Part shown: one piece after another, positions 56,280-64,000 of the stretch
Layout of the letters: each line of letters opens with the position of its first letter
How positions within the stretch are numbered: position 1 is the first letter of the stretch
From: the human T2T-CHM13v2.0 reference genome, Homo sapiens
Length of the DNA: 64,000 nt
Assembly (NCBI RefSeq): GCF_009914755.1
Contig: NC_060939.1
Reading direction: 5' to 3' (one strand)
The notes under the pieces: model-generated
Database searches by the model: none
Told to the model about the DNA's origin: nothing
What the model saw: the letters and a program-made list of their open reading frames with translations, nothing else
Translations under genes and position numbers: made by a program

Positions 56280-59200
56280 AGAACTCTTATTTTCAAACTT
56301 ATTGGTGCCAAATTTATAGGTGGACAGAAAGTGGAAAAAAGCCAGATACAAAAATGATGATAATCACTTTTTTTTTGCCTAATATTCACAACATATTTGC
56401 ATACAAGCTTTCAAGGAAAGGGAAAGCAGACACTCCTAGGACAAAATATACTCTCCTAAAGTTTAGACCAGATTTTCTCTCGGATCTTGTCGTGATGGGT
56501 CAGACACATACGACTGTGAATGGAGCAGAGGCCACTTTCTCTTGGCTACAGTCCCCTGGTTGGAAAATAATTGCAGGTGTTCTCACTCCAGGAGCTTGGT
56601 GATGTCAACTTGTCTGGAGTATGGTGTTAATAGATAAGTACCAGGAATAAAGATACGTAAGTCGGAAGCCACCTGATACTCTCCATTTGATGAGAAGGAG
56701 GGTCAGGTGGCAGCATGCATCACTGTGCCTCCCACCTGCATGAAGATTGACAAGGAGCCTTGTACTATCTCCTCCTACTGGGGATCCTGCACTAGGTACT
56801 GACGGTGATCAAAAGGAACACAAATATTGGCGGCACCTTCACAGTACTAGTCACACTTTTACTATTGCTGCCAAATATAGATGATGTGAAAAACGCTGGA
56901 CAGGAGAAGCATAAATGCAAAGTTCCCCTGCAAATCTATGCTAACATTTACAACTACCATCCATTGCTTTTTTTTTTCCCAATTCAGCATTAACTGCAAG
57001 AGCCAATATCAGATTTTGACTCGTTCAATTTAAACAATGGAACATAAAAGTCATGCTACACTTAATTTCTGCTGTAAGTAAAATGAGATTGAATTGCACC
57101 CCAATAGATAGAAAATCCACCCTGATGTTCAGTGTTGGAAAACAGATACAAATATATCTGCACAGTGGAGTGTATCTTGCATTGAATGTAAGGTTTTGAA
57201 GGCAAAGAAACTAACTCAGTGCAAGCTCAGGATCTCTTTGGTTTTTCTCACTGGAAACGACACTAATTCTCTACATATTCCACTTCAATTCGAAGCTGCT
57301 CATTAACCTTTCTGCTTACAGGGCTTAGTTAAGCTCCTCTGAAATTGGATTCTGTCCTGGGGGAAGCTAGTTCAGTGATTGCATCCTGTGGAACTTGGCA
57401 CACACTGGTCTCTCAGCCTGTTATCACTTCTACCCCAAGGACTGACCTTGGGTTGCTTTTACAATGGCACTTTTCCAGTTGCAGTGCCTTTGGGTTTCCT
57501 GGTACCTGGCTTTCTTCTTGTCTACGTTAATGATTTCCCCAAGAGGTCATTAAAATGGTCCGCTGGAGGTAGAAAATGAGAGCTCTTTTTTTTTTTGGAC
57601 ATTAAAAAAATCTCATTTGCATTAATGCGTTTTACAAAAAGCATAATGTATACATGGGTAGAATTGAATTATATTTTACTGTTAGTATGTATGACCAAAA
57701 ATGCTTGGTGGAAGCTGTTCCTTCAAATTCCTCCTTCCTTAATCCACATTCCCTGAACTTGCTATGAAGGCGGCTGCTTGCCTGTTGCCCGGTGGCCTCT
57801 GACAGTCCACAGAAACTCTCCACTTCTGGCCCCTGATGCACATCCTACTGCTTGGCATGGTCTGTGCTGATAGAATTGTGCACAGAGCATGGGGCAGGAG
57901 GTGGGGGGCAGCCCGTCTGGGGAACAAGGAAGTACCTAAGTGGGAGTTCCAGGGATGCCGAGAGACGATGTACATTGACAGTTGTCAATCAGTGGTAAAA
58001 CACAGCCAAGATGTGGCAGATGCTTCAGAGAGCACGAGAACTGACACCAATGTCAGTACCCAAAAGGGAAACTGAGCTCTCAACAAGTTAGAGGCCAGGA
58101 TTTCTCAGCAACAGGGCCTGACTGTGGCCTGGCAGCAAGCCTAGGAACATTACAATTCTGCAAGCATGAACACTACAGATCAGGGAGGACTCTTCCCCCG
58201 CTTAGCAATTTCCATTTTGTTCTCAAAGTGATTCCATCAATGAACTGTGTGGAAGGATGATACTGGAAGACTTTACTCTGTTTCTTTAATTTTTCATAGA
58301 TAATCACATATGAAAAAATAACAAACACAGTAGGAGAGACGTTTAATTGGAAGGGACGTACATCAGTAGGTCACTGATATGAGGAAGTCGGTCTCCAGTG
58401 GGTCCGCGTTTGTTGAGAATTGCTTGATGGCCTTTAAAATACTCTCATTTCACTGGTACAAATTGGATAACAGTTATCCAAATTCCAAATCAATAAAAAG
58501 ATATTTTGGTGTTCAGGCCCATAAATCATTCATTAACATACTTTTAGTGTCCAAAATATAACAACCTAGCTTTCCACTTGTCAGCTATGACTGACTAACT
58601 TTCTGGAAGACTAATCTTCCCACTTAGAACAAGAAGAAAATAAATGGATAAAAATAGAAAAAAAAAAAACAAACTATGTATGTATGAGGGCGTTTGAGAG
58701 CTCTTAAAGTAGCCAGGACTGAAGAGACTGAAATGTTGGAAGGAAAACAAATTCATTGAGGTGAACCCGACCTTCTGTGTCACGTTTGCTGTGCTGCAGC
58801 TGGCAGCCTTTGGGTATGCTCCAGTAGACCTCCAATGTCTGTGTGTGCATCTCAGTGCGTGACAATTTGGGGTTTGGGGAAGTTTAGAAGGCTCTTCTAA
58901 GTGGTGGCAGGCTGGATATGAGGTGGGGGTAGGGTGGGGGATACAGACACCACCTCCCTCCCAACGCAGCCCTTGGGAGTCGGTACAAAACCCCCTAGAT
59001 CCCTCAAAAATGAAGTATGACAAATGTGAGACAGGTGTTTTGAGCCATTTTCCAGAGTTTCCTTGAAGGGCTCAGCTCCAGTTGCTTCCCGTGGTAACTG
59101 GCTTAATGAAATAAATTTATTAGCTGCCCTCCCCTCTCTATCACTTCCCCATGCCATGACCAGTGTCCCTTGCAGCCTCCAAATAAGTGACTTTTACTGT

Positions 59201-59699
59201 AACATTTATCTCAGCGTCTGCACTAAGGCAGCCCAGTTGATGATTCGTTCGCTGTGTGGGGCAGAGGCTGTGAAGCTGAACAGAAAGCAGCTGCGGAGGG
59301 CGCGAGGCTGAGGAGAGCTTTCATTAGGCTGGCAGGCCTGATGAGATGAAAATGGAGGATCAGGGCTGCCACACAGCCAGGGCCTGGGAGGCCAAGATCC
59401 GGGAAAAAAGAAGTGCAGAAAAGTGATTTCAAGAGTTTGACCTGTTACTCTCCTAAGCCCTTTGCCAGTTCCTGAGCAGCACAGGCCAAGAGGCAGAGAA
59501 GCTGAGCAGCTGGCAGGTCGTGACAGGCTGGAAGGCTGAGGAGAACCACCAGGGTTCCCATCATTCTAGGAAACAAAAACTGGGATTCGGAACTGGGCAA
59601 GGTGGAGAGGCCCAGGTTCTCATGCTGGGCTTTCGTGCATGACCCTGGGGAACGACAAACTAAGAGGCAGGGTAACCAGAGAGAGCAAAGAAACTTCAT

Positions 59700-59913
59700 C
59701 TGGAACTGTGCTGACCAATGTCAGCCCCAAGCCACATGTGGCTATTTACATTTAAATTTACTAAAAGTAAATAAAATTAAAAATTACTTCCTCAGTCACA
59801 CTAATCATAATTCAACCGTTCAAACGCTCCATGTGGCTAATAGTTACCATATCAGACAGCATACACATAGAACATTTCCATCTCCATAGAAAGTTCTATT
59901 GCACAGTATTGAT
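59700..59913. mobile_element. MER3-like hAT-Charlie DNA transposon
   Basis: agccacatgtggctattt...ttcctcagtcacacta...tagaacatttccatc...gaaagttctatt. Confidence 0.8.
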
Positions 59914-59959
59914 CTAGGATTTTTATATTTTAAAGCACATCTCTGGCATTAAATCAAAT

Positions 59960-62900
59960 TTAAAAAACATACCAGGACCTAGAACCTAAAAAACTAGCAA
60001 TAAAATTGTAACCGTGGTGATCCAGATATTAGAGTTATCAGATGCAGACTTTAACAAAACTTTGATTAATATACTTGACATAGATGACAAGATAGAAAAA
60101 GACTTCCAAGAATGAAAATCTGTATGAGCTAATTAAATGGAAAATAAAAAATACAATGGCAAATTAAGAACACAAACTATGGGCCAAATGGCAGATCAGA
60201 TACAATGAAGAGAGAAATGGTTACGTGGAAGATAGGTCAGTAAGAAATAACCAGACAGAAGTATGGAAAAAAAAAAAATGAAGTATGGAGACACAGAAAA
60301 GAGAATAAAATACCTAAGACTATGATGAAATAGGTGTAACATGGTTCTAATTAAAGTTCCAGGAGGGGAGAACAGATCTAATGGTGTGGAAGCAATATTT
60401 GAAGAGATAATGGCTAAGAAGGCATTTCTAAAATTGGTAAAACGAGATTAAGCCACAAATTCACAGGAACTATGAAACCAAAGCATCTAAAAAAAAAAAA
60501 AAAAAGAAAATGACACTGTAGTAAAAGTTTTGGAAATCAGAATAAAAGAAAAATTGTACACACATCCCCAAAATGCACAAATTAACTTCAAAGAGCAGCA
60601 GTAAGACTGACGGTAATTGACTTCTTAACAGAAAAAGAACAACAAAGAAGGCACTGGAATCTGATCTTTAAAGTGATGAAAGAAAGTACATGCTAACAAA
60701 TAATTCTATTCTCAGTGAAAACATGCTTCACTTTTGAAGGAAAAATAAAGACATATCAGACAAAAAACTTAGAGAAATTGCTGTCAGTACACTTGCACTA
60801 AGAGATACTGAAAGGAGTCCTTCCCATAGATAATATACTTGCTAAGAGAAACATGGTAGTGTATAAAAAAATTAAGAACTGCACGAGTAGTAAATATGTC
60901 AGTAAATCTAAATGAATATTGAATGTGTAAAACATACTTCTAAGCTAATTATAACAACTTGTAGGGTTTAAAATGTATGTAGAATTAAAATTAATGATAA
61001 TTATGAAGTAGGACAATTATAATTCATATGAGACTCTACTAAAAGAATGCCTACTATAATATCTATGGTAAACAATAAAAGGATAATATAACTTAAAACT
61101 ATTTGATCATTGGCATAAAAATGAAATACTTAGGGATAAATCTAACATGTAGAAGATCTATGTGAGGAAAACTACAAAACTACAACCTCAATGAAATAAA
61201 TCAAAGATCTAAATAGAGAGATATTTCAGGTGCATGAACAGGAAAACTCAACACTGCCAAGATGTCAGTTCTTTCTAAGTTGATCTATAGATTAAACATA
61301 ATACCAATCAAAATTCCAGCAAATTGTTTTCTAAATGTTGACTAACTAATTCTAAAGTTTATATGGAAAGGCAAGAGGGCCAAAATAGCCAACAAAAGAC
61401 TGAAGGAGAAAAACAAAGTCAGAGGACTGACACTACCCAACTTCAAGACTTCTTATAAAGCATTCCCCTGGAAAACCAGCCCAAGACAAGGAAGCCCTCT
61501 CTCACCACTCCTATTCAACATAGCATTGGAAGTCCTGGCCATGGCCATCAGGCAAGAGAAAGAAATAAGGGGCGGCATCTAAACAAGATGAGAGGAAGTG
61601 AAACTATCCCTGTTTGCAGATGATATGATCCTATATCTAGGAAACCCCATAGTCTCATTCCAAAAGCTCCTAGGCAATATCATTCTTGGCACAGGAACCA
61701 GCAGATTTCATGATAAAGACACCAAAAGCAATCACAACAAAAGTAAAACTTAACAAATGGAATCTAATTAAGCTCAAGAGCTTCTGCACAGCAAAAGTAA
61801 CTATTAACAGAGTAAACAGACAACCTAGAAAATGGGAAAATTTTTTTGCAAATTATGCATCTGATAAAGGTCTAATGTTCAGAATCTGAAGGAACTTAAA
61901 ACAAATTGACAAGAAAAAAACAACCCCATTAAAAAGTAGGCAAAGCACATGAATAGACACTTTTCAGAAGAAGACATACATGCAGCGAACAAGCATATGA
62001 TAAAAAGCTCAATGTCAGTGATCACTAGAGAAATGCAAATAAAAACTACAGTGAGATACTGTCTCACACTAGTCAGAATGGCTCTGAGTCAAAAAATAAT
62101 GGTGGTGAGTTTGCAGAGAAAAGTGGTTACTTATACACTGTTGGTGGGAGTATAAACTAGTTCAACCATTGTGGAAAGCAGTATGGTGATTTCTCAATGA
62201 GCTAAAAACAGAACTACTATTTGACCCGGTAATCCCATTGCATTATAGATCATTCTATTATAAAGTCACATGAACTTGTGTATTCACTGTAGCACTATTC
62301 ACAATACAAAGAACATGGAATCAACCTAAGTACCCCTCAATGGTAGTTTGGATTTAAAAAATGTGGTACGTATACCCCATGGAATACTATGCAGCCATAA
62401 GACCATGTCCTTTGCAGGAACATGGATGGAGGTCATTACCCTTAGCAAACTAATGCAGGAACAGAAAATCAAGTACCACATGTTCTCACTTGTAAGTGGG
62501 AGCTAAATGATGAGAACACGTGGACACATAGAGGGGAACAACAGACACCGGGGACCTACCTGAAGGTGGAGGGTGGGAGGGGAGAAGACCAAGAAAAACA
62601 ATTACTGGGTACTAGGCTTAGTACCTGGGTGATGAAATAATCTGTACAACAAACTCCATGATATGAGTTTCCCTTTATAACAAACCTGCACATGTATCCC
62701 TGAACCTAAAATAAAAGTTAAAAATAAAAGACTTCCCATAAAGCTACAATTATCAAAAGGGTGTGGTATTGGTGAAAGAATTCATAAATGTATATAGGGA
62801 ACAGAACAATGACCTGAGAAACAGACTCACACAAGTGGAGTCAACAGATCTTTGATGAAATAGCAAAGGCCATTCAATGCACGAAGGATAGAATTTTTAA

Positions 62901-63420
62901 CAAATGGTGCTGAAACAATTGCACATCCACATGCAAAGATATGTGTATATATATATATGCCTCATATATATATGTGCTTCATATATATATGCGCCTCATA
63001 TATACATATGCCTCATAGATATAGATATAGATATGGAGAGAGAGGGGGAGGGATCTCATACCTTCATAAAAATTCATAAAAGTTAACTAAAAATGGATCA
63101 TACACCTAAATGTAAAATGCAAAAACATTTAGAAGATAATGTAGGAGAAAACCTAGGCAACCTCAGGTTTGGTGTTGACTTTTTAGATACAACACAAAAA
63201 GCACTATTAATGACAAAAAATTGGTAAGTCAAACTTCATTAAAATTAAAAACTTCTGCCCCATGAAAGACGTTGTTCAGAGGATGAAAAGACAAGCCACA
63301 GACTGGCAGAAAATCTTTGCAAAACACATGTGTTAAAGTACTGATTTCCAAACTATTAAACAAACAAAAAAACCCTTAAACTCAACAACAGAAAAACAAA
63401 TGTCCCAATTAAAAATTGGA
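59960..63420 (+). mobile_element. Old L1 (L1M) ORF1/ORF2 fragments hosting a younger L1
   Basis: A-rich sense L1 motifs: gaagcaatatttgaagagataatggct, aagatgtcagttctt, ctaaagtttatatggaaaggc, ttcaacagatctttga-like. Confidence 0.75.
61462..62727 (+). mobile_element. 5'-truncated, internally deleted primate L1 (older L1PA type)
   Basis: RT motif FADD (tttgcagatgat at about 61613); 3' end aacctaaaataaaagtt; 17-bp TSD aagacttc(tt/cc)ataaagc at 61445-61461 and 62728-62744. Confidence 0.88.
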
Positions 63421-63422
63421 CA

Positions 63423-64000
63423 AAACCAAAGTAATTTATAGATTCAATGCTATTCCCATTAAACTACCATTGACATTCTTCACAGAATTAGACATTCACA
63501 AGCAAAAAGACCGAAGCTGGAGGCATCATGCTACCCAACTTCAAACTATACTACAAGGTTACAGTAAGCAAAACAGCATGGCACTTGTACAAAAACAGAC
63601 ACATAGACCACTGGAACAGAATAGAGAGCTCAGAAATAAGACTGCACACCTACAACCATCTGATCTTTGACAAGCTTGACAGAACAAGCAATGGAGAAAG
63701 GGTCTTCTATTTAATAAATGGTATTGGGAGAACTGGCTAGCCATATGCAGAGAATTGAAACTGGACCCCTTACTTACACCTTGTACAAAAATTAACTGAA
63801 GGTGGATTAAATACTTAAATGTAAAACCCAAAACTATAAAAGTCCTAGGAGGAAATCTAGGCAATACCATTCAAGACATAGGCATGGGCAAAGATTTCAT
63901 AATGAAAATGTCAAAAGCAATTGCAAAAAAAATAAGCAAAAATTGACAAATGGGATTTAATTAAACTAAAGAGCTTCTGCACAGCAAAAGAAACTATCAT
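63423..64000 (+). mobile_element. Primate L1 (L1PA/PB) ORF2 fragment running off the window end
   Basis: Translations KVIYRFNAIPIKLPLTFFTEL and [28 protein letters not shown]. Confidence 0.88.

Noticed and set aside
61462-64000. Reverse-transcriptase-like ORFs as an active or novel retroelement
   Set aside because: They are fragmented L1 ORF2 with stops, frameshifts, truncation and deletion.

Overview
This is human genomic DNA covering the 5' end of GABRB3 (GABA-A receptor beta-3 subunit, chr15q12, identified from the peptide sequence), transcribed on the minus strand. A CpG island at about 23.0-25.2 kb holds the two alternative signal-peptide first exons (1a and 1) plus exons 2 and 3. Bases 1-23728 are the start of the large intron 3, and about 25.2-64 kb is upstream, repeat-dense sequence (Alus, nested L1s, MaLR LTRs, MER transposons). 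I see no other protein-coding gene, RNA gene or CRISPR-type system, and I cannot claim a wholly new biological system. The best leads are regulatory or structural: (i) two ERV9/LTR12-family solo LTRs upstream and co-oriented with GABRB3, one apparently with its GATA site changed into a 5' splice site; (ii) a near-consensus RE1/NRSE in intron 3; (iii) a POU/SOX motif cluster in the exon 1a promoter; (iv) a perfect 19-bp-stem hairpin, a bistable micro-inversion and several local duplications. Repeat subfamily calls come from recalled consensus sequences and their boundaries are approximate.
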